A stretch of 58,092 nt of DNA from Aplysia californica. Its lineage: Eukaryota. Positions within the stretch are counted from its first letter, which is position 1. Each line of letters opens with the position of its first letter. A model generated the notes under the pieces. The model had not been told where the DNA came from. It saw only the letters and a list, made by a program, of their open reading frames with translations, and did no database searches. The DNA lies in the NCBI RefSeq assembly GCF_000002075.1, contig NW_004798057.1:103712-161803 (forward strand). Direction: 5' to 3'. Made by a program: the position numbers and the translations under genes. This document shows, one piece after another, positions 1 through 13,700 of this stretch.

Positions 1-422
1 CACACACACACACACACACACACACATACGCACACACGCACGGACACATACACACACATATACGCATATACACAAAACATACACACTCACTCACAAAATA
101 ACGGTCAGTTCATTTAGAGCTGGGAAACTTGTTTGTTTGAGTTTGAGTAAAGAAAAGCACATCGATACAATAATGGTTAGGCCTACATGTTCGAGTATTT
201 TATTTAATGCTCGGAAAAGGGCGAAAAAAATCCCGGAGTTCCTGTGTGCAAGTTGCACACGAAAAAGATCCCTTTGTGGTTATAAAATCGATCAGAATCA
301 GAGTAAACTTACGATTTTGACAGAAAATAAAAAATATTTAATTTGGATTCTCACCCCGTGGTCTTAACAATTCAAAACGGCCAAAAATGTCAGATAGAAC
401 TTTGTAACTCTGAGGTAGCGGG

Positions 423-774
423 TATAATGTACTGGGTATAAGTTAAGAACCCACTAACACACATAGTACGACGGACACTTCGGACATTCTCTCACCCACC
501 GTGTGACTCGACTGAGTGTGTCCTGGGTACATGAGGTACATACAGTCAAACCCCGCTATACCGCCTACCTTGGGACGCGCATGAAATTGGATTGGCGGTA
601 CAACGGGGCAGCCGGTACAGCAACGAGGTTTGACTGTATAAGTATAAGTAAAGTAGAACCCACCAAAACACACTGTACAGCGTGGTTGTGACGATTCGGG
701 CATTCGCTCACCCATCCGCGAGACTGGGTGTGTCTTGGGTATACAGTATAAGTAAGGAACGCTCTAAATTGACC

Positions 775-824
<50 letters not shown>

Positions 825-965
825 GCGACTGTGACAATTCGACATTCTCCCACTGTCCAGGGTGACTGGGTGTGTACTGGGTATAAGTATAGTAGATATC
901 TAGACGTCTATATATAAAAAGTAAAGAACACCAACACACACCTGTGGCTGTGAGTGTGACAATTC
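423..965. repeat. Degenerate tandem repeat (3-4 units) interrupted by a MITE and (CA)n
   Basis: Recurrent TGGGTATAAG..AGAAC.CACCAACACACA..GACATTCTC..GACTGGGTGTGT. Confidence 0.6.
543..636. mobile_element. pogo/Tigger-type MITE
   Basis: TA-CAGTCAAACCCCG ... CGAGGTTTGACTG-TA. Confidence 0.75.
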
Positions 966-1577
966 GCTAAATGAGAATTACAAAGTTTTATCTGACACTT
1001 TTGGCCGTTTTGAGTTACAAAGACTATCAACAACTAGGTCAGAAAACAAGTGCTCTGTCTTCTCTATCCAAATCGTAAGAATATTCGGAGCCGTTATTAA
1101 GATATTCAAATACTGCAATTGCATTCGAAAAATAAAAGCTTGACAAAGTATTGTGAAGCTGAACAATTTTAATTTTAGTTAGTTAAGTAGAGGTTTTACA
1201 GCGCTTACAACTGCATAAGGTCATATGAGCGCCAGAAGATTAGAGGTGCTACAAGAGAGCAACAAACATAAAAAAGAAGAAGCGGAGATACGGACGATAG
1301 ATCATGTTTCAAAGGAAAGAAAAAGCAAACCACACCAGAGCACCCGCGAACCACCCACTAAACAATTCTGAAGTCAAATTTCCCAAAACTAGGCCTACTG
1401 AGCAGATCGAACTTTGTAATTGTTTCTGAGGTAGTGAATTACGACCAACGCACACTGTGCTGTGGCTGTATGTATGTGACAAAATTGTCACAATCTCCCA
1501 CTCCCCAGGCGTGGTCATCCACCCAGACACACCTCCCGCTATTTTCTTCACCTTTCCCTCGCTCCTTGGGTGGCCTG

Positions 1578-1780
1578 CCTGATGGGTTCATCGAGGTGTG
1601 CACGTGTGCGTGTGTGTGTGGGGGGGGGGGGTAAGGGGTAAGGGGAAAGGGTCTGATGCTGGTCCAGCAAGGTGTGCGTGTGTGTGTGTGTGTGTGTGCG
1701 CGTGCGTGTGTTTGGGGGGGGGGGGATAAGGAGAAAGGTCCTAACGGGTTCATCGAGGTGCATGTGCGTGTGTGCGTGTT

Positions 1781-1834
<54 letters not shown>

Positions 1835-1950
1835 GTGGAGGGGTAAGGGGAAAAGGCTTTTAATGGGTTCATCGAGGTGTGTATGCATGTGTGTGTGGGG
1901 GGAGGGGGGGACAGGAGGGGGGTGTGAGGGGTAGAGGGGAAAAGGGAATA
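1578..1950. repeat. Three ~140-160-bp tandem units with variable (TG)n and G tracts
   Basis: GGGTTCATCGAGGTG at about 1583, 1746 and 1865, each followed by (TG)n and a G-run. Confidence 0.75.
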
Positions 1951-2164
1951 ACTTAATAAGCAGCAAGATGAGGGTGGTGGAGAGAGGGTAGAAAGGGTGG
2001 GCGGGGGGAGATAAGGGGGGAGGGGGTAAAATACTGCATTTGGCCTTGGGTTTGGTTTAGACTGAGGGTAAACTGTATTCTTCCCAGGAAGTTGGTACGG
2101 TACGAGTTTTACGGCGCTCGCAACTGCATAAGGCCGGTCATATAACTGAGCGCGCCCAAGAAGT

Positions 2165-2298
2165 TGAGACTGTTTCAGTTTCAGAACGCTGTCAGGTCTG
2201 CTGGGGTACATGTAATAATACATGTATAGATTGTAAACCGTGTAGAGCTAACCGTTGAGTGGGAATTTGCGCTATACAAATGCTCTCATTATTATATT
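2165..2298 (+). mobile_element. SINE/L2-type 3' tail fragment
   Basis: GGTCTGCTGGGGTA...GCGCTATACAAATGC..ATTATTA; related to 43790-43908 and (inverted) 57950-58020. Confidence 0.5.
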
Positions 2299-5215
2299 AA
2301 AGATTTTTTTCAAAATACCTCTGAGGCCAACTACTAGAAATTGTAGTCTCTTCCATTTTTAATATCCGGGACAGCGGTTTTCCTTGTCATATTTTTCTTT
2401 TATTATGCATGTACATGTATGTGTGTGCGTGGGGGAGTGTGGGCGTAATGAAACACAATGTATGATAAATGTGTTGTTTATAATATATTACAAATATATT
2501 ACATGTAGTTTTGATGATATAAGGGTGTTAAACGATTAATAGAGAATCTATAAAACATTTCACCATTTTTTAATTAAATACCGAATTCAAGTGAGTAGTG
2601 ATTTTAGACTAAAGTAACGTCAAACAAGTGGCGGTGACACTGGGATCAGACAGATGGTCGCTGGGGTACATGTGTATGTCCTTGAGCTTGAGCAAGACTC
2701 GACAACCCTGGATCAACAAACAAGGCACTGCATGCACAAAGGATCCTGAGTGAGAGTGACAGGCAAGGTCGGACGCCGCCTCCCAAATGATCTCAACTGT
2801 GTCAACAGAGGTGTAAAAATACATGTACCATACCTGCATTTTTAAAAAGTATAATACATGTGATACGTTGGGGTTTGTTTTTTTTAACTTGTCTCCATAT
2901 ATAGGCTAATACAAAATTTTGAAATTTAGCGCCAAAATCAAACCAGTCAGGAAATGAGCAGGGGAGGCAACCATGAAAATAGTGAACACAGCTTACGCGT
3001 ATTGTAAAAGTTCCGTCCCTTTACCCAGGTTAAATTTTCCACTGGGGCTCCACGAGGGCAAGTTCATCATGTAGCCTACTTGTACACTTACTTTACAGGT
3101 ACCGTATGTTAAAATGTTTAAAATATTATAGTCCAAGCTGTTTAAGACGGTCATCCCTTGCTAAGGAGAAAAGTGGCTGTCTTACTTACTACTTAGGTGG
3201 ACTTTTTACATAGTGCCATTATTTTGTATCCAAAAAAACAAAAGTGCAAAGGTGGTGGGGAGGAGGAATGGGAAGCTGTGTGTACAAGTACAAGTACAGG
3301 TGAACGTCTCATTGTTGTAGTCTGTACACGACATCGCATTCTCATAAACAGCAACCAGAGAATGAGCCCGAACATCTGGGTTTCAATACTAAAGGTGGAA
3401 ATGATTAATTCACCCTTCTTCTTATGTGAGAGTGAGAGGTGTAATCTCATGAAATTGAAGATAAATTTCACTTTATTTTCTGTTGTCCATACTTTGCCCA
3501 TCAAAGGAAATTGTTAATTCCCCCCCAGCCCGAGTCGATCCAGTGACATAAATTTGCAATGTTTGACCCATGATAAGAAGAGAAGAGATATGTGCACAAC
3601 ATGTCCTTTTTTATTATTATTTATGGAAACTTTATTTAACAAATGTGTTTTATTTTTATATGATGTGATGTGAGCCAATGGCCTTAAACTTAAACACTGA
3701 ATAAACTTACTACTGAAGACCTCCATTTATAGGGGGTAGCAAGATTGTTTTAGCATAAAATTTCTTGAGTGAAAAATTACTAAATTTTAAAATAACTAAT
3801 TAAGCATAGGTGACAGTTCCTTGTCAATCATAGTTTTTTTTAATACTTCGATCTTAAAAGCAGGATAAATAGAAGAAATCCACTAACTTACAAACTGCAA
3901 TTCGCTACCTCCCGAATTACAAAGTTCTATCTGATATATTCAGTGATATTTTTGGTTGATAGAGCAGGTGCAACTGTATTTTTGTATACTACACCGTGGT
4001 CACAAACAAATGCGAAAGACCGTAGAGCCTCCTATAGTAATACGTAGTAGTGGGTCGCAAGACCGACTAAACATCAATTAATCATCTCGGACAAAAACTG
4101 ACAAGAAAAAAATAACATGGATCTCGGCCACAGAACAGTCAAGTTGCCCTTGTCTACTCTTACTCTTGTTTTTTTTTTAAGCGTTCACAGTTGTGACAAT
4201 CTAAACCAACCTGTGAAGTAAAAACAAACTCCATTGAAAGAGAACAGATTTTTTTTTCAAATTACTGTACCGTACTTATTACTCAAAAATTTATAAACAG
4301 TTAAACACAGGTTTGGAACTTTCTTCTTCTTTCACTTTGACCTGCTGTTTCTATTTCTATCTATCAAAATGTTTTAATGTTTTGACTCGATACAGCATTG
4401 CATCTATTTTGTCAAGAGGCAATTTTCCTTTGTAACAACCACATCACATTCTGGGAGAAAGGGGCGGAGGTGGAGAGGAAAAGAAGAGCGGCCTAGAGAC
4501 CTAGCTATTCTTGTATTGTTTGATTCTTTGTTCACGAGGAATGCAATGTCAAATGTATGTATATAGGGAATGAAATGAACAGCTTGAGTCAGGTGAGACT
4601 TCCGGAAAAATTTAGGGCCTTTTGCTTTTACTCTACTCTAAAAAAAACAAAATAGGCCTAAAATAATCACAACAGTTGGGTTTATAATAAATACATGTAG
4701 TATGTAGGCCCTACATGTGTAAATGATCAAAAATCTTTTTTTTTAACTCTCAAGTTAATACACAAGCATGAAGAATGCTGTTCCACACACGCAGAATACA
4801 AGTACATGTAGTTAAGGCCTACATGTATGTGCATCCTGGTCTAGTAAAGTTGCTTGTCAACAAGGCAATAAATACACCAGCATGCATGACTGCACTTAAA
4901 AGAGGTGCAAAAATGAGGGCAAATAATATAATATAATACAGATTTGATATTGACACGTCTTGGGCAATTCCTTTTCTGATGGGACAACAAGGCCTGATGA
5001 AAAGTGTCTAATTTTTTTATCTGTAACGAAATAGAAAACAGCTCATGTTATCATGAGACCCGCTTGTTGAAAAGACGAAAATAATCAAAAGCTGTATTCA
5101 TGTATAAGAGATAGGGCTTACAATGTATCCATGGCTCTAGGCCCTCCACATAGACCATGGAGGTTTGACTGACTCTATCGTGTGCCCCACAGTCGTTCCT
5201 CACTCCTTCTCTTAG

Positions 5216-5519
5216 CAGGGCTCCTGCCATGAAATCCAAACCAAATTCAAGGAGATTTCAAAAAGAATTTTTTTTAATTTATGGAGATTTCGTCAAGAAA
5301 TTCATGCAGTTTTTGACAGCGCTTTACTAAGAGCAATAATACAGGAAACAAAAATTCAATTAAAAGATTTTGTTCATGTTCAATCTGACGAAATTCAAGT
5401 AGTTTTCAATTCAAGGAGGTTCCTCAAAATCAAGGAGTTTTCAAGATTTTTTTTCCTTGAATGCGAATTCAAGGAGTTTTGAAGGACTCCTTGAACTCAA
5501 GGAGGCTGCAGGAACCCTG
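5216..5519 (+). mobile_element. hAT-like MITE (copy 1)
   Basis: CAGGGCTCCTGC ... GCAGGAACCCTG with many TTCAAGGAG internal repeats; related to 8825-9087. Confidence 0.7.
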
Positions 5520-6047
5520 CCTTAATCCTTGCTTGGTTTCCTGTGCGATGTCTGGGACTCGTGTTCTCCTTTCACTTTCAATATAGAGAAAATTAGTATG
5601 GTACATAATTTACAACTATGAAACTGGAAAGTCATTGAGCTCCGACTCAGTCTTGGTCAAAACAGGATTTCAGACGTCAACTTTATCATCATATTTATAA
5701 AAAAGATTTTTTTAATGCTACAGTACCTCTTTTTCACACAGCTACTTACGATATCGCATCCTACAGTTACAGAAAAACTTGTTCACAATTATTATAATAA
5801 ACGAACAAGGCTGCAGTTGTTGATTGTACATTGGTGTCTGCCACTCACATCTTTTTCATCTACACAAAGGCTTATTTTTAACACTTTGCCGTCATATCTC
5901 GCCGACTGGCAAGGAATGTCGAACTTCTGCTCGCGTCACAAAACGCCAATCGGAGATGTTTACCACCCAGTATCTTTGGATATCCCCCAAAATGCTTACG
6001 ATGGCAAGGGTTTAAACTATATGAGCCCTGTGATGGCAACGTGTTAA

Positions 6048-7158
6048 CCCAAATACTGTCAATGGAAAGCTGCCAGAATGTAAGGGTGTTTTTGCAAAAA
6101 GTATATTATCAGAAAATCTGATACAGCATTTTTATTTTCAATACAAAGTAAAGACAAGTATATATTTTAGAATGGTAATTGAACATACAACACTATTGTT
6201 CACTCATTTTCAACATTTGACAACTTTCCTTCTTTTGAGTGACCTTGACCTTAGAGACTGACCACTGTAAGTAAGACCCGTAAGGGTGGGTAATTTTAAA
6301 AAATGGTAAAAAATCAAAATAAAACAAATTACGAAAACTGAAAGAGCCAAGTTGTTCAGTATTCAAAGATCTTTCAAACCATGTATAACACTTGAAGAAA
6401 GTGGTTAATTTGAGTTTTATATGATTTTTTTTTTCTAGGTCTATAGTGAAATTTTCTTATTCTAACTCTGGATGCTCAGAGCAACCTAAATTTCTGACAA
6501 ATGCACATATTTATATTTATATTATTTGAAAGATCTTTGAGTACTAAAGAGGTAGGCTACCACAAGTGTGAACACAATTTTAGTTAGTAAACTACATGAA
6601 AAATGTTATCATGCTGATATCAAATTGGGTTTACCTTTAATCTCTCTATCAATCTCTGCCTCAGGCTCAACTTCTCTCAATTTATCATCTGCAACTGTTG
6701 CAACTTGATCTACTACTACTAGATCTAGAAGATCTACATTGCTTTCTTCATCACCCCCATCACTGTGGTCAGTGTTGTCATTGTCACTTATGTGTGGAAT
6801 ATCCGGGAAATCACCATCTGAATCATCGCTATCAGGTTCTTCAAATAAATCAAACAAGCCTCTCCTTGAAGAAGTGCCACTAGTGGAAGGCCCTGGATCA
6901 GGACTTGCCATTTTTCATAAATCACGGACTCCGATATTCACTGACTTCAGACACTTGCCTTTCCAAAATTCCTGCGTCAACCAGCTTTGCTTTGGCCAAA
7001 AATGAAATTAGAAATACTGTTTCTTGTTCAGGAAGAGTTACTTCCTGTGTCCTCTTCATAGCCGATTTATTCAGCATTTTTTCCCAGTGACAAATATATA
7101 TTATAACCGGTCACAACATTCTGGTGGCATCCCAGTGACCGCACTGACAGTATTTGGG
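6048..7158 (-). mobile_element. Internally deleted piggyBac transposon with an acidic N-terminal transposase-like remnant (ORF 6911-6609)
   Basis: TTAA at 6044-6047 and 7159-7162; perfect 14-bp TIR CCCAAATACTGTCA; asymmetric subterminal CCAGAATG repeats. Confidence 0.85.
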
Positions 7159-7237
7159 TTAAGGACCACAGGCTGGGCAATAAAAATAAACTGAAGACCC
7201 GTCGAGTAAAACATAGTTTATTTATAACATGTCATTA

Positions 7238-7386
7238 TCAAGAGTCCTCCTCCTCATCGTCATCATCTTCAATATCATCGTCTTGTCCCTCCTCATCATC
7301 ATCATCCTCAGCACTATCCTCCATGTTCAGCCCTATGCTAGTCTCATCATCAGCCTTGTCGTCTGTGGGTTTTTCCTCGACTTTGG
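7238..7386 (-). CDS. MRTO4: MRTO4 terminal coding exon (acidic tail)
   Basis: Polypyrimidine tract plus CAG acceptor, in phase: [15 protein letters not shown]...[15 protein letters not shown] at 7222-7217. Confidence 0.82.
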
Positions 7387-7693
7387 CTGAGAAGAGAAAG
7401 CAGGAGATGTGGCATAAAATAACCCACTTCAAATCCACAATACAGACAAGTTGATGATGCCAATAAGGTCCTATTCACCTCACCCCCCGCCCCTCCAACT
7501 TAAGCACCAGGATGCCTTCAAAGCACTTTTTATGAAAAATGCATTAGCTTGTTGCAAACCAAGAAAGAGGAAATAGTATGAGAAGATTTTTTAGTACTTT
7601 CAGTTTTAGTAAGAGTTTTACGGCCCTTGCAGCACCACAAATCATTAAAGTAAAAGTGCTGGAGAGAGAGAGAGAGAGGGAGAGAGAGAGAGG

Positions 7694-7725
<32 letters not shown>

Positions 7726-10700
7726 GAAAGAGAGAAACAACACAACAGACGCAGCCGCAGATCACAAGACTCACGTTTGACCTTGACCCTGTCTGGCACG
7801 ATGTGCCGCGGCTGGTCGTCAAAGGTTTTCCACAGTCCTGAGTTGTTCCACACGCCCTCCATGGTGATGTGAAAGTCCGACATCTGATGGCCAAACAGTT
7901 TCTGTCGACAGAAAACAGGGAGTGGTTTTTAGTTTTTGTAAGAGTTTTACAGCATTTGCAACACATTATGGTCATATAAGTTCTGAAGAATAGAGGTATT
8001 TGTTACAAGAGATAAATAAACAGGTAAAAGGTTTAGTTTAGTTTAGTTTTAGAAAGAGTTTTACTGCACTTGCAACACAATAAGGTCATATATGAATGCA
8101 CAAGATTAGAGGTGTTACAAGAGAGTAACAAACACAAAAAAAGGAGGAGAGATCAGGACGATAGATCATGTTTGCTAGGAAAGAAGGAGCAAACCACACC
8201 AAAGCACCCGCCAACCACCCACAGGGAGTAATTACAATGCACAGCTCAAGAAGGGCACACTATCGTATCAACGTTATTAGAATGCCCAATGTTCCATACA
8301 ACAGCTGTGCATTTCTACTGTAACCCATCTAAAAACCCAATTCTCAATAAGACAGAGGTGACATTGTATTTCATACAATTTAAATACTATATTATACAAA
8401 ATGGTTGGGAGAGAGTTTTGTCATTGAAGCCATCTAATTATGCTCAATGAAATATAAAACAGAGGTGACATTTTATTGTAGTCATATAAAAAAAAAAAAA
8501 TACTCCATGAACATTCCATTCGATAATGGTAAGATTGATAGTTTCTTTGAAATGTCAATGTTGTGCAACACAGCAGTTGCAAGACAGTAGTCTGCCAGAA
8601 GATGCAAGTTCTCCCCCCCCCCCCCCCCTCATCCCCCACCAAGTAAAGGGATGGGGCTGAAATCACTCACCAGTATGCGGCATTGCTCGGGGCCAAGCGT
8701 CTGTCCTTTCTCACACACTGTGTGTTCCTTGAGCAGGTGGATCACGCCTGAAACACACAGACACAGCAGGAATGTAATTAATTACACACGCAAACAGCAC
8801 GCAAAATAGCACACAAAGACAGTCCAGGGTTCCTTCCATGAACTCCCCACCAAATTCAAGGAGGTTTCAAGGAGAAGTTTGTTTAATTCAAGGAGATTTG
8901 GTCAACAAGTTCATGCAGAAAGCCTATTTCCGATAGGCCTACACTTGTCCAAAAGGAATTGCAGTTTCGAATTTCCTTTAAAAAAATTGTTCCTATCATT
9001 CTGCGAAATTCAAAGAGATTTTCCTTGAATGCAAATTCAAGAAGTTTTCAAGGACTCACTGAATTCAAGGAGGCCGCAAGAACCCTGAGTAACTCACATC
9101 TCATCCGAAAAGGCGCTCAATGAAAACTGTACATAACCTGACCAGGTAACAACTTTGGGCAAACCAAAGACCTGATCTTGACTTGTTCAAGTAAAAACCC
9201 TCTATCTGCAGCTGGTCTGTTACATCTGTGGCCACAGCACAGAGACATATTCTCGTTCCCTCCCCCTCCTCCTCCTCCCCCACCCCCAAAACTTGCAGGG
9301 GAAGAGGAAATTGTCTATCCCCTATACTGATGGCAAAGACTTTCTCCCTGCCATGACGGGGATCAAGGACTGGTGATGGGTCTCATTTAAATATTGAGAA
9401 ATGCCTAAGCGTCTCAAACAGCTTCTCCCAATCCAGCCAACCGTACCTGCCCGTGGTGGTCCCTGTCCTCACTGACACGGCTCTGGCGAGTGGCGAGTTG
9501 TTGGCGCCAACAAACCAACCCCCCCGTTTCCTAGAGGGATTAAAACAACAGGATGAGAGCAGGTGTGGCCCCACAAGGCGCAGGAGGCAGAACCCACCGA
9601 TGCGTGGTAGACGCTATGCTCCTCACTAACACACCCCTACTCTCCCTTGAGTGGGTGTCTAATCTGCCTAACACCTCTACTTCTTTTATCAACACACCCT
9701 CCGTGGCTGAGAAGGTACCAGCCAGTTTGAGAGTGTCTGGGTGCAGGGGATGGACCGAGCGGAATGCCTGACTTGCTTTCTGACCGTGTACCTCTTAGTA
9801 AAGGCACAACGACCCAGGACGTGACGATCCAATGCCTTTTCCACTTGGCCGATACCTCATGAAAGATTAGAAAATTTTAGCCAGTAGCCTTTAGTGGCGG
9901 CTAATGGGCAACGTGAACCCTACCGGAATTACACCGTCACAGGGCAGTTAGGTCTTTCCAGTCTCTTGAAAACCCCTTGTTCCCTCCTATCCTCAACATG
10001 AATGGCCCCTTCTCAGGGTGGGCAGGCAGTCCACAGACACCCCAGTCCACAATGCCACAACCCTGCCATGACCACTATCTCCATATAAACAAACGAGGGA
10101 TTTACATTTCCCCGATCACACTACCTCAACAAATGAGACAGTGAATGAGTTAACTTGAATTATGCTCCCCCCAACCACTATCTTAACGAGTCAGTGAGTT
10201 ACACACTATTGCCCCCTCCCCCCCCCAAAAAAAAAACCTCTTAGATTTGGTTTACTAAGAGTTTTGCAGCACTTGCAACACAATTAGGTCATATAAGTGT
10301 CGAAGAACAGATGTGTTACAAAAGAGTATCGTACACGAAAAAGGAGGACAGATAAGTACGATAAGATGTTTGAAACGAAAGAAGGAGCAAACCACACCAG
10401 AGCCCCCGCCAACCAACCCAACAACCCACCCACTCCCCCAACCTCCCACCCCTCCAGTTTCACCTCTCTTGAGCTGTGTGGGCAGTCCCAGTTGTCGTAG
10501 CTGGGGTTCGATCGAGTGCGTGAACTCTGTGAGCGGGCCCTCCTCCAGCACCACCGTCTGGCTAGCCACTGTGCCTGAGCGGGCGTAGTCCGGGATGTAC
10601 AGCTCCTCAAAGTACCTGCAGGGGGAGTGGGGGGGAGAAGAGGGGGTGGGGGGGGGGGGGGGGGAGAAACAGTGCATGATTCTATGCAAATGAAAAAGGT

Positions 10701-13700
10701 ACATATGTATTATCTGTCCTAACTTTCTCACTTTGTTATACAGTCGAGTCCGCTTAAACCGGAGACCTTTAACCCTTTGAGCCCTGACCTCCTGAGGCTA
10801 CCGTGCCTCTGCCTGAGCTCCTGAGCGATATATTACTAATATCCATTTTTTTTAAAGAAAAAAACAAACAAACACAAATAGAATTTAAAAAAGCAAACAT
10901 CCATAAGACCATCAGAATCCATATCCCACTCAGGGTAGTCCTCATCATTACCAGCCTCTAATTCAGAAAGATTTTTTTTAAAATCAATAACATCCTGCGT
11001 GTTAAACACTGTTTTCCGTGTGCATTTTGTCCAAGGCTGGCCGGGTCGGAGATAAGGTCTCGCTCACCAATGTACCAGTACCAGTGGCTAGGCATATGGA
11101 CAGTTCCACGCACCATAAGGCACAAAGGGTTAATCCTAAAACAGCGGGAAACCAAAAGAAAATAAAACCCCTGATATTTTTTCCCTTCTTTTCAAGCAAC
11201 CTCTTTTTACTAAAAACCTGCCTACACGGGGAATTTATAACTTTTTCTTGCTAAATCCAACCAAAACTGGGCTCTCGGCTTGTTTCTCTCTCACACTGGA
11301 TTTCCTCTATGGATATGATTAAACATGATCATTCAAATCAAGCTGTTTAGTTTTAGTAGGAGTTTTATGGCACTTGCAACACAATAAGATCAAATAAGTG
11401 CCGCAGAGCAGATGTGTTACAAGGAGGAGGATGAGAGATAAGGACGACAGATGTTTGATAGGAAAGAAGGAGCTAACCACACCAGAGCATCCACCAGCCA
11501 ACCACCCACCGACAGATGTTTGATAGGAAAGAAGGAGCAAACCACACCAGACGTCCACAGCACCCACTAACCACGCTCTTGACAAAGACAAACAGTTACA
11601 GTACAAAAAGCAGCAGCAGCAAAAGATCACCCTTAGCCTTACACTTACTTTAAGACTTCCTTCTCTGTGGCGTTGGTGAACAGGAGACCCATCTGGCCCT
11701 GCAGGTGCTGTGTCAGTTTGTGCAGGTTCTCTCTGTACTCCTCCTCCGCTGTACGACCCAGGGCCAGCATCATCACTTTGTTCTTGCCGAAAAAAAATCT
11801 AAGAGAAAAAAAAAAAGATGTTTTAGTTTAGTTTCAGTAGAGGTTTTACGGCGCTTGCAACTGCATAAGGTTATATGAGCGCCAGAAGTTTAGAGGTGTT
11901 AAAAGAGAGTAACAAACATAAAAAAAGAAGAAGGGGGAGATAAGGACGATAGATGTTTGATAGGAAAGGAGTAAACCACACCAGAGCACCCACCAACCAC
12001 CCACAAAAAAAGAGATGTGTGAGCATTAACCTCACTGGGACAAGACATAAATTTCTCATATATGGAAATAGATACATCATGATTATAGGGGTAGCTTTTA
12101 CAATTTAAAGTTTGAAATAATAAAAGGCATGTTATACTTAAAGAATATGGCATGAATAGAAAATGGACAGTGTCGATTTTTGGCCAATATCTCCATTTGT
12201 GGATTGCGAGAAGTAACCCATTTTTGTCAGCACACTTCACATATACAGTGATTAAAAACAACAACAAAAACCCGACAAAATATAAGGAAGTATTGATTTT
12301 TACAAAAGTCATGCTTTGACAGAGAAGTGGAAATCACACATGGTCAAAACAAGATTAAAACAGATGATAGATGATACAGACAAAGCAGAGTTCCATTACA
12401 ATGAAATGTTGGATGAATGTTTTAATTACATACAGTGTGTGCCTAACAAGAAAACACAATTTCCCTGAACTTTTCCTTTGTGTTCTACATTAAGCAATGT
12501 GTGCGCAGAGTGTTTATAGAGTGTGTGTACAGATGATGCATCATATGTGCGCAGTGAATATATACAGAGAGTGTGTCTGTGTGTGTTTTGTGTGTGTGTG
12601 TGTATTTTGTGCGCGTGTACTGTGTGTGTTTTTGTGTGTTCGTGTTTCTTTGTGCATGCACATGTGAGTGTGTGTTTGTGTGTGTGTGTGTGTGTATGTT
12701 TGTGTGTGCGTGTGTGTGTGTGTGCAGAACATGTACAACATAAGCACTGATGCAGATTGAGTGCAGTGTGGACATACTGAGAGTACAGTGTGCAGTGTGT
12801 GTAAACAGTGTGTTCGCAGTATGTGTAAAATGTGTGTCCCATGTGTGCAGTGGCTGCTTGGCATGTACAGTGTACGTGTGTACAATGCGCACAACTTGTG
12901 AGTATGTGTGCTATGTGTGCGTGCAGTGTGTGTTGAGGGTGCTTTTTGCTCAGAGTGTGTGTGTGTATACAAAGAACACGAAGTGTGAATGTGTGTGCAA
13001 ATGTGTGCTGCATGTGTGCAATGAGTGCAGCAGGTGCACAGAGTGCGTGTTGTGAGTGCGCTGTGTTTGTGTGGGTGAGTGCGTAATATGAACAAAGAGT
13101 GAGCTGTGTGTGTGTGTGTACATCTGCCAGGACACTGGGCCTACCTGCTGTGATTCCATTCTTGTCTGATCTCTTTGAGCTGCACATTACGCATGTTGTG
13201 AACTGAAAATGTGAAGATTCTAGCATACTGGTCCGCTGTTTCTCGTATCTGTCGACACCAAGACCACAAAAAAAGCTTTGACTTGAGATACAGAAAACAA
13301 AATCCAACTAGCATCAGCTACTAAAAAGAGTAAGGGATGGGGAAAAAATGAAATGGTCAGAAACAACAAAGGCACTGCAAGTTTTACTTTGTTTTAGTAA
13401 ATAAAGAGTTTTAAGGCACTTGCAACATATGATAATTAGGTCATGTAAGTGCCAAAGACTAAAAGTGCTACAAGCGAGTAACGAACACAAATAAAGAAAG
13501 ATAAAAATAACGGGTATTTGATAGGAAAGAAGGAGCAAACTACACAAAATAAAAGCACCCAGCAACCATCCGCAAAAGACAATTAAAAGTGGTGTTGTCC
13601 AAAAACCTGCACAAGAGAGAAACAAATATAATCATTATTGAATAATTTTCTGAGAGACACAACTGACAGCGGAACAAACCAACCTACACCAGAGCCAACG

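Noticed and set aside
12426-13307. 293-aa and overlapping His/Thr- or Cys/Val-rich ORFs
   Set aside because: Translation of degenerate (TG)n repeat; the real MRTO4 exon 3 is in a different frame.
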